Part shown: positions 19,856 through 29,926 of the stretch, piece by piece
Position numbering within the stretch: the stretch's first letter is position 1
How the letters are laid out: each line of letters begins with the position of its first letter
Source: Obrimoposthia wandeli
Taxonomy: Eukaryota
Direction: 5' to 3'
NCBI GenBank assembly: GCA_977020255.1
Contig: CDROCS010000506.1
Location: 3,472,001 to 3,536,000, forward strand
DNA: 64,000 nucleotides
Made by a program: the position numbers and the translations under genes
Notes under the pieces: model-generated
Told to the model about the DNA's origin: nothing
Seen by the model: only the letters and a program-made list of their open reading frames with translations
Database searches by the model: none

Positions 19856-21307
19856 CTAACAACCAGGGCCACAATCCATACAATGTTTAATCATGTCTGG
19901 ACCTAAGTGTAGTTTCGCGTTGAGATCTCGTAATGCTGTTCTCACACCTTCTTCGATAACAGGGTGGTAGAATGGCATGTCTAACATTTCCGACACGGTC
20001 ATTTTTTGTTGATGTGCCCATGCTAATAAATGCGCTAAGTGCTCTGCATCTGGGCCAATCATTTCTGCGCCTAAGAATAAACCTGTGCCGTGTTCTGCAT
20101 ACACATGTAATAAGCCTTTATTACGCAGCATGACACGTGAACGACCTTGGTTTTCGAATGACACGCTACCTGTTTCAAAACAACCACAGTTACCTAAACG
20201 CGTAATTATCTGTTTGTATGTTTCACCGACCATGGCAATTTGTGGGTCGGTAAATACTGCCGAGATAACGCTACGGCGTAGACCTGCTCGAATTTGTGGG
20301 AAACGTCCGGCGTTATCACCAGCAATTCTAGCTTGGTCCGCCGCTTCGTGTAATAGCGGAATTTGATTACTAGCATCACCAGAAATAAAGATACTTTCTA
20401 CCGATGTTTGCATGGTGTAGTAATCCGCTGTTGGTACGCCACGCTCATCTAATTCAAGGCTAGTATTTTGCAGACCAATTTTATCGACATTTGGACGGCG
20501 GCCTGTCGCTGCAAGTACGTATTCAACATTCACTGTTTGTAGTGCTTGGTGTTCATCTAAGTATTTAATTTCAACATGGTCACCTTGGCGCTTCATGCTT
20601 TCTACTTTAACGTCGGCATCAAGATAGAATTCTTCATTAAAAGATTTATTCGCATAAGCCATCACTTCAGGGTCTGTTAATGGACCGACTTGACCACCTA
20701 AGCCGAACATTATCACGTCGACGCCAAGGCGTTTTAGTGATTGCCCTAATTCTAAACCGATAACACCAGGGCCAAATACGGCAATTGATTTAGGTAAATC
20801 GTCCCACTCAAAGACATCATCGTTGATCACTAAGCGGTCGCCTAATTCGTTCCATACTGCAGGGTAAGCTGGGCGTGAGCCAGTCGCAATGACAATACGT
20901 TTGGCATTAATTTGTGTGTGGTCGCCAACGAGTAAAGTATTGTTGTTTAAAAAGCTAGCGTAACCAGCTATTTTATCTTGTTCAGGGATCTCATCGACGC
21001 CCTCTACAACAAAACCAACAAAGCGATCGCGTTCACTTTTAACACGCGCCATGACTTCAACGCCGTTAATCAAGGTTTCGCCTTGTGGGTGGATACCAAA
21101 ACCTGGTGCTTTGGCAATGTGATGTACACTTTCTGCCGCGGCAATAAGCAGTTTTGATGGCATGCAACCAACACGAGCACACGTTGTACCATATGGACCA
21201 CCTTCGATGATCACGACACTGTCTGAATGTAATTTTGCTGCGCGATATGCGCCAAGTCCTGCTGTACCACCACCAATTACTGCGACATCTACATTTATCA
21301 TATTCAT
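19856..21307 (-). CDS. Flavoprotein disulfide reductase (annotated dihydrolipoyl dehydrogenase, PRK06292 type)
   Basis: IGGGTAG, GTTCARVGCMPSK redox disulfide, PFYHPVIEE and C-terminal CMDCGPGC. Confidence 0.8.
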   Translation of the reverse strand: MNMINVDVAVIGGGTAGLGAYRAAKLHSDSVVIIEGGPYGTTCARVGCMPSKLLIAAAESVHHIAKAPGFGIHPQGETLINGVEVMARVKSERDRFVGFVVEGVDEIPEQDKIAGYASFLNNNTLLVGDHTQINAKRIVIATGSRPAYPAVWNELGDRLVINDDVFEWDDLPKSIAVFGPGVIGLELGQSLKRLGVDVIMFGLGGQVGPLTDPEVMAYANKSFNEEFYLDADVKVESMKRQGDHVEIKYLDEHQALQTVNVEYVLAATGRRPNVDKIGLQNTSLELDERGVPTADYYTMQTSVESIFISGDASNQIPLLHEAADQARIAGDNAGRFPQIRAGLRRSVISAVFTDPQIAMVGETYKQIITRLGNCGCFETGSVSFENQGRSRVMLRNKGLLHVYAEHGTGLFLGAEMIGPDAEHLAHLLAWAHQQKMTVSEMLDMPFYHPVIEEGVRTALRDLNAKLHLGPDMIKHCMDCGPGC

Positions 21308-21436
21308 TATTAAGCCTTAGAAAGCGTCTGCGAAAACGGTTGTCGTTTGTCGCGCTTATATTTAGTGTAAATTTGGTTACGAAGACGAGCTTCGTGTTGA
21401 TGTAGCTATTATGCAAAACTTATGTGTATAGGCATA

Positions 21437-21473
21437 ATCGATTAAATAGCTAACTTTGATAGTTAATATCTAT
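21437..21473 (-). promoter_or_regulatory. Candidate OxyR binding site abutting the -35
   Basis: Minus strand reads ATAG-N7-CTAT-N7-AGCT-N7-CGAT (12/16 match to consensus). It is followed directly by a weak -35 (TATGCC), a 17-nt spacer and -10 CATAAT at 21413-21408. Confidence 0.6.
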
Positions 21474-21599
21474 TGGTGGTATCTATGGGTATGTTTGATT
21501 TCATTGGCGCTAGCTATTACGGGGGATTCTTATGATTATTACGGCTGTGTTCGTTAATTAAACGGTCATAACAGAACGAGTTAATTCATTTAATTCAAA

Positions 21600-21613
21600 T
21601 TGATGTATATCAT
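21600..21613 (+). promoter_or_regulatory. FNR-like box upstream of MCP gene
   Basis: TTGAT-GTAT-ATCAT, one mismatch to TTGAT-N4-ATCAA. Confidence 0.5.
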
Positions 21614-21719
21614 TATGTTTTATAATTGTTTATACAATTAACAAATAAATAGGTATTATCCTCAGCTATATGTTGTGGCATGTTGATAAGCGTGTTGCCA
21701 TTTTTACAATTCAGGAAGT

Positions 21720-23702
21720 GTGATGAAATTTTCAGATATCTCGTTTAAACATAAAATTATTATGTTATTGGCTTTACCTATGTTGGGTTTTTTGTGGTTG
21801 AGTGCCTCTTCACTTTCACAAAGTGTAGCGATCAATAACGAAATGTCTGTTTTAACCCAGTACACACAGCTTTCTGTTGAGTACAGTGAATTAGTCCATG
21901 AGATCCAAAAAGAACGTGGCATGACCGCTGGGTTCATTGGTTCGAATGGCGCTAAATTTAGCAGTAAATTGCGTAAGCAACGTGCTGACACAGATGCAAA
22001 GCATGCTCAATTAATGCGTTTCTTACAGAATAACGCTGTGTCTGACCGTAAAATTAAGCAATTACAAACGAGCATTCAACAAGATCTTGCAATGCTGAAA
22101 GGTATTCGTAATAAAGTCGATTCGCAGAATATTCAATTAGGGGCGGCACTCGGTTATTACACTAAGTTAAATGCCAAGCTATTGAGTGTATCTGGCTTGA
22201 TTGTTGATATGAGTTCTGATGCGAGCATCACGGCTGAGACAGTGGCTTATTATAATTTTTTACAGGGTAAAGAACGTGCCGGCATTGAACGTGCGGTATT
22301 GAGTAATACTTTTTCTAAAGATCACTTCGGTCCCGGTAACTTTGTTAAATTTATTGGCTTAGTGATTGAGCAAGAAACCTATTTTGCTAATTTTAAAACC
22401 TTTGCAACAGAGAGCAATAAGCAGTTCTTTGAACAGCAGTTAAATAGCGCAGCGGCTAAAGAAGTGCTGGCGTTAAGAACGATAGCTAAAACTAAATCAA
22501 CGGACTTTAATGTCGATGCCGAGTATTGGTTTACACAATCTAGCGTGCGAATTGGCCAGTTAAAAACGATCCAGGATGCGCTAGAGTTATCATTGTTGAA
22601 TTTGGTTGATAGTAATCGTGATAACGCGATGACAACGCTGATGAGAAACATTGTATTTAGTCTGTTGATTATAGTGATCTCTGCGATGATTAGTTTTGTT
22701 ACCATTCGTGATTTATTGGCGCGGGTAAAAGAGCTGATGAATGTGATGACCGAAGTACGTGATAACAATGACCTAACGGTACAAACACAACTTGCAGGTA
22801 ATAGCGAACTCGGGCAGATCGCAACGGCATTAAATCTAACGTTATCGCAATTCTCAGGGGCGATGGATAACATTTCAACCTCGAGTATTACCCTCGCATC
22901 GGCAGCCGAAGAGACGGCTCAAACCTGTGCATATAGCTCTACATCATTAATCGAACAGCAAGACGGTATCAGCTTGATTGCGACTGCGATTGAAGAGTTA
23001 TCTGCAACAGTAAAAGAAGTCGCACATAATACCCAGTTAACGGCTGATTCGGCAAAAGAAGTCGATAAACAAGCGACTGATGGTTACGAGATAGTACAGC
23101 AATCATCACTGTCAATAGAAACACTCGCAAGTGAGATTGATAGTTTAGCGCAACGTATTACCAACTTACATCACAGCAGCAACAACATTACCAATATGGT
23201 CGATGTCATCAAATCGGTTGCAGACCAAACTAACTTATTAGCGCTAAATGCGGCGATTGAAGCTGCGCGTGCGGGTGAGCAAGGGCGTGGTTTTGCAGTT
23301 GTGGCTGACGAGGTACGTACATTAGCGAAACGTACCCAAGAATCAACGGCAGAAATTGAAAGCTTTATTGGTGCATTACAAGCGGATGCAAATGCGGCCT
23401 TTAACGTCATTGAAGTGAGCCAAAGTAAAGCGGCTGATGCGGTTGCTAAGTCGAGAAACGTAGCACAAACATTGCAAGATATTACCACAGCAGTAAACCA
23501 GATCTTTGCGATGACAGAACAAGTAGCTACTGCGATTGAAGAGCAGTCGGTGGTGACGCAAGATGTCGCTGAAAACATTGTTAACGTCAAACAAAAATCA
23601 ATGGAGTCGGCAACGGGCGCGAATCAAATTGCCATGACAGCAAGAGAACAAGCGCAATTAGCCACTTCATTACAAGATGTGGCTAGAGTCTTTAAGATTT
23701 AG
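21720..23702 (+). CDS. Methyl-accepting chemotaxis protein with NIT (nitrate/nitrite-sensing) periplasmic domain
   Basis: VHEIQKERG and [12 protein letters not shown] motifs, HAMP domain, and [30 protein letters not shown]. Confidence 0.85.
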   Translation: MMKFSDISFKHKIIMLLALPMLGFLWLSASSLSQSVAINNEMSVLTQYTQLSVEYSELVHEIQKERGMTAGFIGSNGAKFSSKLRKQRADTDAKHAQLMRFLQNNAVSDRKIKQLQTSIQQDLAMLKGIRNKVDSQNIQLGAALGYYTKLNAKLLSVSGLIVDMSSDASITAETVAYYNFLQGKERAGIERAVLSNTFSKDHFGPGNFVKFIGLVIEQETYFANFKTFATESNKQFFEQQLNSAAAKEVLALRTIAKTKSTDFNVDAEYWFTQSSVRIGQLKTIQDALELSLLNLVDSNRDNAMTTLMRNIVFSLLIIVISAMISFVTIRDLLARVKELMNVMTEVRDNNDLTVQTQLAGNSELGQIATALNLTLSQFSGAMDNISTSSITLASAAEETAQTCAYSSTSLIEQQDGISLIATAIEELSATVKEVAHNTQLTADSAKEVDKQATDGYEIVQQSSLSIETLASEIDSLAQRITNLHHSSNNITNMVDVIKSVADQTNLLALNAAIEAARAGEQGRGFAVVADEVRTLAKRTQESTAEIESFIGALQADANAAFNVIEVSQSKAADAVAKSRNVAQTLQDITTAVNQIFAMTEQVATAIEEQSVVTQDVAENIVNVKQKSMESATGANQIAMTAREQAQLATSLQDVARVFKI

Positions 23703-23712
23703 GCATTACGTA

Positions 23713-23740
23713 TTAACAATTAATAATTAATAATTAATAA
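23713..23740. repeat. 7-bp tandem repeat immediately 5' of lipoprotein RBS
   Basis: TTAACAA TTAATAA TTAATAA TTAATAA followed by GAGG. Confidence 0.7.
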
Positions 23741-23755
23741 GAGGTTAGGGTAAAC

Positions 23756-24313
23756 ATGATAAAGAAAATGAGACTGATTGGATTGGCGTTAGTTGCTGTT
23801 GTCATGAGTGGTTGTGCGACTGTGCAGTTACCACCTGCGCAGCAAGCGTTAGTCGACAATAATACAACGCTTTATACGCAAGTAGGTATGTGGACTGAAA
23901 AAGACAATGTGATTGCAACTAACTACAAACGTGGCGAACATATTCCCGTTAACTCTGTAGTGCAAATTACTGATATTAATGCCGCGACAGTAACCTTTAA
24001 TTATGACGGTCGTAGTATTACGCTGAAGAATATTGAGAAATACACCAAAGTAGATGTAGCTGGATTGATGGCTCGTACTTTCGCTGTGCAGCCAGTTAAT
24101 TTAACGCAATTTAGTGCATTAGAAAAAACAGCAATTGAGAAAGGTGATGTGGTTATTGGCATGACGAAAGATGCGGTGATTATCAGCCGTGGTTTTCCAC
24201 CTGCACATCGCACCGCTAATCTAAAACTAGATAGCTGGAGATTTTGGCAAAATCGATTCGGTACGATTGTTTATGAATTTGAGCAAGGTAAAGTATCAAA
24301 CATAGTTAAGTAG
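23756..24313 (+). CDS. Lipoprotein with SmpA/OmlA-like C-terminal domain
   Basis: Lipobox VMSG-C and C-terminal GMTKDAV...FPP...W.FW...FEQGKV. Confidence 0.65.
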   Translation: MIKKMRLIGLALVAVVMSGCATVQLPPAQQALVDNNTTLYTQVGMWTEKDNVIATNYKRGEHIPVNSVVQITDINAATVTFNYDGRSITLKNIEKYTKVDVAGLMARTFAVQPVNLTQFSALEKTAIEKGDVVIGMTKDAVIISRGFPPAHRTANLKLDSWRFWQNRFGTIVYEFEQGKVSNIVK

Positions 24314-24345
24314 AAAGCATAGTTAAATAGAAAATATAGTTAAGT
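24301..24345. repeat. 17-bp tandem duplication of gene 3' end
   Basis: CATAGTTAAGTAGAAAG / CATAGTTAAATAGAAAA / TATAGTTAAGT. Confidence 0.75.
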
Positions 24346-24373
24346 CGTATTTAGAGCGCTTAACAATACGTAT

Positions 24374-24408
24374 AAATAAAAAGGAAGCATGTCGCTTCCT
24401 TTTTATTT
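24374..24408 (+). terminator. Intrinsic terminator
   Basis: AAATAAAAAGGAAGC-ATGTC-GCTTCCTTTTTATTT. Confidence 0.8.
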
Positions 24409-24552
24409 TTATTAAATTGAATATAATACGGCATAGTCGTGGGGTGACTGGTTAGGCAGTAACCAACGACTTGCTTAACCTGTACTTGTGCGGTAAATTC
24501 CCTATCCTTAATTAACCAGCCAATATCACCTTCTAGAGATTATGAATCGTTA

Positions 24553-25737
24553 ATGGAACCCATCCCTGTCGTCTTGCTAGACTTGTTTACTATCACTATT
24601 TTTACTGCGATAGGATTGTCATTTTTAGCTGTCATCATGTTGTGTACTTGGCTTAGCAACCGTCGTTATGATGGGGTTGGTTATTGGCTTGTCGCCTCTT
24701 TACTGATGTTGGCTTATAGCTCTATCATGGCTGAGCAATTATGGCTATTTAAGTTAGAGGGTTATGCTGGTCATACTTGGCTTAATGTCATCCGTCCCAA
24801 TATATTACTCTGCTTAGCGGTTTGCCTTATCGCCCATGGTTTTCATCGTTTCCTACAAATAAAACAATCGTTATTATGGCTCTACGCGATCCAGTGCTTA
24901 CTGATAGTGCCTTTTTATGTATACGGTTTAACCTTTGAGTTATTACCACTGTATACAACGGTTTTGACGACTGTATCCACGAGTATTAGTTTTCTTTTTG
25001 TCTCTCGTTATTTAATCAGTTATCAAGCCAAGCAATATGGTATGACGCGCGTTATTTGTCTGTTTACCTGTGGTTTATCCTTGCTGTTAAGTGTTGTAAA
25101 GGTAGTGATGTTAGTACAAGAAGACCCTTTACTTAATTGCGTTGAGATCACGACGGCGATTGCGTGTATTAATATGCTAATGACGCAGTGTTTTCTTACA
25201 TTCTGTTATTTGATGCTCTGTACCCAGCGTAATGCTTTTTCATTACAGCATATGTCATTTACTGATCCGCTTGCTAATATTTACAATCGCCGTGGTTATC
25301 AACATGCTATTGCGGCTTTAGTCCCGCATAAAGAAGCGGCCGTGATGATTTTGGATATAGATCATTTTAAGCATGTTAATGATGAATATGGTCATGCGAT
25401 GGGGGATTTAGTGATTAAAGATATCGCTAATATTATTGCTAGAGCCTGTGGTTCAATGTGTGTTTATGCACGTACTGGTGGTGAAGAGTTTAGTATTTAT
25501 TCACCGCTAATATCAGCCAGTAAAATAGAGAGTTTAGGGGAAGAGATTCGTCTAGCTATAATGGAACATACTACTGTTAAAGCAGCGCTAGCGATAAAGG
25601 TAACGGCCAGTATCGGCATTAGTGTCGGTCAAAGCGTCAACATCTTCGCCTTGGAAGAAGAAGCTGATAAAGCCTTGTATCAAGCAAAACGAGATGGTCG
25701 TAATTGTACTGTGATGCAGTTATCGATGGCGGGTTAA
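24553..25737 (+). CDS. Multi-TM diguanylate cyclase
   Basis: About 7 TM helices, then DPLANIYNRR, DIDHFKHVND.YGH..GD and RTGGEEF; no RxxD I-site. Confidence 0.88.
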   Translation: MEPIPVVLLDLFTITIFTAIGLSFLAVIMLCTWLSNRRYDGVGYWLVASLLMLAYSSIMAEQLWLFKLEGYAGHTWLNVIRPNILLCLAVCLIAHGFHRFLQIKQSLLWLYAIQCLLIVPFYVYGLTFELLPLYTTVLTTVSTSISFLFVSRYLISYQAKQYGMTRVICLFTCGLSLLLSVVKVVMLVQEDPLLNCVEITTAIACINMLMTQCFLTFCYLMLCTQRNAFSLQHMSFTDPLANIYNRRGYQHAIAALVPHKEAAVMILDIDHFKHVNDEYGHAMGDLVIKDIANIIARACGSMCVYARTGGEEFSIYSPLISASKIESLGEEIRLAIMEHTTVKAALAIKVTASIGISVGQSVNIFALEEEADKALYQAKRDGRNCTVMQLSMAG

Positions 25738-25776
25738 GTGGCTAGTTAATACTGAATAGCTGGCACGTTATTAACA

Positions 25777-25824
25777 CTAAAATACAGACGAAAAAAAAGA
25801 GCTACTTATAGCTCTTTTTTGCAT
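25777..25824. repeat. 48-bp direct repeat copy 1, containing torZ terminator
   Basis: CTAAAATACAGACGAAAAAAAAGAGCTACTTATAGCTCTTTTTTGCAT; 47/48 identical to 29836-29883. Confidence 0.95.
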
Positions 25825-25840
25825 TAACGATAGTTTTATA

Positions 25841-28288
25841 TTATGCGTTTAATGGTGGTGTAAAGGCCGTTAAAGTCGGTGCAATGCCGGTATACTTTTC
25901 AATTTTAACTAATGATGAATTTGCTGCACAACCATTAGCAAGTTGTGAAGTCGGAATATCACTGGTTAGTACGTTCGGGTTACCATTTTTACAAATACCC
26001 AGTAGTTTATCCTGATCTAGCCAAGCACCTTCATGAATACAAACAGATCCTTGTTTGATAATGTTTGCCACTAATGCGCCTACAAGAACTTCACCACGTT
26101 GGTTGAATGCTCGCACTAAATCACCACTCTTTATCCCACGAGCAGCTGCGTCAGTTGGGTGTATGGTAATAGGTTCACGGTTAGCTATCGCATATTGTTC
26201 ACGCAATTTGGCATAATTTAACTGGCTGTGTAAACGATGTGCAGAATGTGATGTCATCAACTGCAATTCACCATTTTTGGCATTTCCGATCCACTCTGTT
26301 GGTGCTAACCATGTCGGGTGAGGAGGGCAGTCTGCGTAACCGTAACCCTCGATAGTTTTAGAGTAGATTTCAATCTTACCACTTGGTGTGCCGAGTGGGT
26401 TCATAATGGGATCTTTACGGAAACCAGCATGACGAACAAACTGTTCATTTTTCTTATTGATTTTCATTTCAATCAATTCATTCTTTTGCCAGAATGAACC
26501 AAACTTAGGCATACGTACACGTGCTTTTACTGCGCCTTTTTTAGCTTGATCGTAAAACCCTTTTAGCCAATCCATTTCTGTTTTGTTTTCAGTGTAGACA
26601 TTGCGGCCACCGGGTTTAATCAATTCAGCCATATCAGCGAACACATCAAAGTCATTACGTGATTCAAATTGAGGTTCTACAACTTGCTTCATTGGAATAA
26701 GATGTCTGTTACTGTAATCACCTGTCATTGTCATATCATTTCGTTCAAATGATGTAGTAATTGGCAATACGATATCGGCATGTTTTGCTGCGGCAGTCCA
26801 GTAAGGTTCTGAAATAACGACTAGATCTGGTTTCTGCCATGCTTTAATCAAACGATTAGAATCTTGGTGATGGGTGAAGTTACCACCGCCTGCCCACCAA
26901 ATCATTTTAATTTCAGGGAAAGAAAGTTCATGACCATTATGTTGGAATTTTTTATGTGGTGACTCAAGTGCTTCAACGATACGAGCAACAGGGAAACTTT
27001 TGACTGCACCAGACACAGCCCAATCATTACCAGCAGATGAACCGCCGCCAAGACTAGATGAAATGGCTGGCAATACACCGCCATCACGAGTCGGGCTACC
27101 ACCGTTTGAGTAATGGTAAGATAGACCGAAACCACCACCTTTAAGACCAATTTGGCCAAGCATAGATGCAAGTGTTGCAATCATCCAATGTTTTTGTTCG
27201 CCATATTGTTGGCGTTGCATACCCCAACCAGCCATCAACATTGTGCGGTTTTTACTAAATATATCTGCTAATGCTTCAAGTTGTTTAACAGACACACCAC
27301 AAATGTTTTCTGCCCATTCTGCTGTTTTAGCAACACCGTCTGATTTACCTAATAAATAATCTTCAAATTTATCATAACCAGATGTATATTTAGCGAGGAA
27401 ATCTACATCATGTAGTTTTTTAGCAACTAAGATATTAGCAATACCTAGCATCATAGCAACGTCTGTGCCTGGATGTGGTGCAACCCATAATGCTTTATCA
27501 CCAAAAAATTCAACGGTTTCTGATTTCATTGGGTCAATAGCAATAATTGTTTTGCCCGAATGTTTCAAAGTATTAAAAAACTCTATACCGGCTTCATCTG
27601 TTGACGTCCATGCTATTTTCAGCGTGTTCAATGGGTTTATACCCCACATAACAACAACATCACTGCTTTCTAAAATAACAGGGTAAGTTGTTTGCTGTTC
27701 ATAAACTTCAATCGAACCCATTACGTGCGGCATAATTACTTGCGCTGCACCTGTTGAGTAATCACCTAGGTGACCAGAATAACCGCCAGCCATGCTCATA
27801 TAACGCTGTAATAATGTTTGTGCTTTATGCAATACACCGCTTGAACGCCAACCGTAAGAGCCAGCAAAGATAGCTTCTGGACCATGTTCAGTACGAATTC
27901 GAGATTGTTGTTCATGGATTAACTTGTATGCTTCATCCCAAGTTACACGAACAAATTCATCATTACCGCGTTTACCATCGGATTTAGTTGGCGATGCAAG
28001 GTAACCTTTACGAACCATTGGGTATTTAACACGTGCTTTTGTATGTACTTGATCTGCTGCGGTTGTTTGTAAGCTGTTTGGTACTGTTTTGGCTAATGCC
28101 CCTTTTGATGAAATAATACGTCCATCTTTGGTTTTTACTTGTATTGCACCCCAGTGAGCTGCTGTAAGAATAGGGGAGTCTTTGCCTTTCGCTGCAAATG
28201 CGGGTAACGGTGTAACTGACATAATTGCAGCAGCACTTGTTGTTACTGCTGCGCCTTTAAGAAATCCACGACGAGAAAATTCGTTCAT
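25841..28288 (-). CDS. torZ: Periplasmic molybdoenzyme TMAO/biotin-sulfoxide reductase TorZ
   Basis: Tat signal [28 protein letters not shown] and [22 protein letters not shown] closely match E. coli TorZ as recalled. Confidence 0.85.
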   Translation of the reverse strand: MNEFSRRGFLKGAAVTTSAAAIMSVTPLPAFAAKGKDSPILTAAHWGAIQVKTKDGRIISSKGALAKTVPNSLQTTAADQVHTKARVKYPMVRKGYLASPTKSDGKRGNDEFVRVTWDEAYKLIHEQQSRIRTEHGPEAIFAGSYGWRSSGVLHKAQTLLQRYMSMAGGYSGHLGDYSTGAAQVIMPHVMGSIEVYEQQTTYPVILESSDVVVMWGINPLNTLKIAWTSTDEAGIEFFNTLKHSGKTIIAIDPMKSETVEFFGDKALWVAPHPGTDVAMMLGIANILVAKKLHDVDFLAKYTSGYDKFEDYLLGKSDGVAKTAEWAENICGVSVKQLEALADIFSKNRTMLMAGWGMQRQQYGEQKHWMIATLASMLGQIGLKGGGFGLSYHYSNGGSPTRDGGVLPAISSSLGGGSSAGNDWAVSGAVKSFPVARIVEALESPHKKFQHNGHELSFPEIKMIWWAGGGNFTHHQDSNRLIKAWQKPDLVVISEPYWTAAAKHADIVLPITTSFERNDMTMTGDYSNRHLIPMKQVVEPQFESRNDFDVFADMAELIKPGGRNVYTENKTEMDWLKGFYDQAKKGAVKARVRMPKFGSFWQKNELIEMKINKKNEQFVRHAGFRKDPIMNPLGTPSGKIEIYSKTIEGYGYADCPPHPTWLAPTEWIGNAKNGELQLMTSHSAHRLHSQLNYAKLREQYAIANREPITIHPTDAAARGIKSGDLVRAFNQRGEVLVGALVANIIKQGSVCIHEGAWLDQDKLLGICKNGNPNVLTSDIPTSQLANGCAANSSLVKIEKYTGIAPTLTAFTPPLNA

Positions 28289-28374
28289 TAGTTTATCCCT
28301 TATTAATTTTATTTGGTGTCATATTTTTTGGAAAATAAATAGCCAATAATCACTTGATGTATTGGCTATATTAA

Positions 28375-29469
28375 TTAGTGTTTAACCATATCTTTTGCGT
28401 ATGCTTGGAAATATTTAGTTAATATTTCAAGATCTTCGTCAGATATATCTGTTCGTTCGCCCATGCCTTTAGCCACAGGTCCCCATGCATTAACAGTGAA
28501 ATGGTTAGCGCCAATTTTGGCGTGACAGCCTGAACAATAAACGGTGTCAAGCTGCTCTGCGTAGTTCCATAACGGTGTTATATTACTTAGCACTTGTGCA
28601 TCGATGTCAGCAATCAAGCTCGCGCTACGCCAGTTATTACCGTATTCATCTTCTTTGAAGTCACCGATAGTTAATGCTGCTTGTCCTTTTTCACTTAATG
28701 TCGCAACAATTGAACGTTGGCCATTTCCAGAATATAAAACGCGTTCAGCACCTTGCATTTGGAAGGCATTGATCTGTACTTTTCTGTTGTTACCCTCGGT
28801 TTCAATAACGGTTAATTGTGTCGCTGGGTTGATAGAACCAAAGTCGCCCATCGAAATCACAGCAACTGGGTAAACTGAGGTAGCGGTGTCATTCGTTTCT
28901 TGTGTTTTATTTAATAAGTTATCAAATGCTTCACTGTCCATTTCGGCTTCTGGTGGGAAATGGGCAACACCTTTGTGGCAATCGATACATGTTTGCCCAT
29001 TTTCTTTGGCAAATTCGTGCATCTTCACGGCATCTTCAGATTGCTCAAATGAGTCCATCGCATCACGAGCATGGCAAGAGCGGCATGTTACTGAGTCATT
29101 AGCTCGCATCTGTTCCCAGACTGTTTCAGCCATCGCCATGCGATGATCTTCATATTTTTCTTCAGTGTCGATTTTTCCTGTAACGAACTCATGGTAAATG
29201 TCTTTAGACGCGATTATTTTGGTGATGACATAGTCGATAGGATTACTTGGGATATGACAATCGGCACATTCAGCGCGAATACCTTTGGCGTTACTAAAGT
29301 GGATAGAACCTTGATACTCTTCGTAAGGAATTTGCATTGTGTGACAAGATATACAGAATTCAGTTGATGATGTTTTTTTCATTACGTAAGCGGTTCCGCC
29401 TAACGTTAACCAGCCGAGCACTATGGCAACAAGTAAACAAGCTGCAAAATAACGCTTTTTAATCTTCAT
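28375..29469 (-). CDS. torY: Pentaheme membrane-anchored cytochrome c TorY (NapC/NirT family)
   Basis: N-terminal TM and five CxxCH motifs (CISCH, CADCH, CRSCH, CIDCH, CSGCH); 364 aa. Confidence 0.85.
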   Translation of the reverse strand: MKIKKRYFAACLLVAIVLGWLTLGGTAYVMKKTSSTEFCISCHTMQIPYEEYQGSIHFSNAKGIRAECADCHIPSNPIDYVITKIIASKDIYHEFVTGKIDTEEKYEDHRMAMAETVWEQMRANDSVTCRSCHARDAMDSFEQSEDAVKMHEFAKENGQTCIDCHKGVAHFPPEAEMDSEAFDNLLNKTQETNDTATSVYPVAVISMGDFGSINPATQLTVIETEGNNRKVQINAFQMQGAERVLYSGNGQRSIVATLSEKGQAALTIGDFKEDEYGNNWRSASLIADIDAQVLSNITPLWNYAEQLDTVYCSGCHAKIGANHFTVNAWGPVAKGMGERTDISDEDLEILTKYFQAYAKDMVKH

Positions 29470-29498
29470 TTTTATCTCGATATAACAGTATAATTATT

Positions 29499-29547
29499 TC
29501 GTCAAACCATATACCGCTTTGTGAGTACTACTTTTGATGTATATCAA
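29499..29547 (-). promoter_or_regulatory. Class-II FNR-dependent promoter of torYZ
   Basis: Perfect TTGAT-GTAT-ATCAA at 29534-29547. A -10 TATGGT at 29511-29506 places the box centre at -41.5. Confidence 0.75.
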
Positions 29548-29765
29548 TACTAGAGCATTGATTTGAATAATAATAAATTAATTATATTATGTTAATTTTT
29601 TGGGTGGTGAAGGTGTGAGTTCAAGCTATTGAATTTTAAGTATGATTTTTTGTAATAGCTTTTTGTAATCGATTTTTGTAGCTTTGTTTTTAAGTTGTAT
29701 GGTTATCAGGCCATTGAGTCATGAATCTAATTATTGGATATTGAATGAACAGGCGTAGCTATTGG

Positions 29766-29798
29766 GATAGAGAGATAGAGATAGAGATAGAGATAGAG
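29766..29798. repeat. (GATAGA)n hexanucleotide microsatellite
   Basis: Four perfect units at 29774-29797 plus one unit at 29766. Confidence 0.85.
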
Positions 29799-29835
29799 CG
29801 GGTGTTAAGGTCAAGCGTGGGCAAACGACTAAATG

Positions 29836-29883
29836 CTAAAATGCAGACGAAAAAAAAGAGCTACTTATAGCTCTTTTTTGCAT
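29836..29883. repeat. 48-bp direct repeat copy 2, containing crr terminator
   Basis: CTAAAATGCAGACGAAAAAAAAGAGCTACTTATAGCTCTTTTTTGCAT. Confidence 0.95.
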
Positions 29884-29926
29884 ACCTAGGTTATTGTTAA
29901 GAACAAGTCTTTAATAACGTTAAGTA

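Noticed and set aside
25761-25776. Sigma54 promoter TGGCAC
   Set aside because: The -12 element TTGC is missing (the sequence reads TAAC), and it points into a terminator.
25841-29469. Naming these genes torA/torC
   Set aside because: The sequence features and the 364-aa cytochrome fit TorZ/TorY better, and torD, torE and torR/S/T are absent.
29570-29597. dif-like site (TTATGTTAATT resembles the XerD arm)
   Set aside because: The XerC arm (GGTGCGCATAA) is absent, and the match is expected by chance in very AT-rich DNA.
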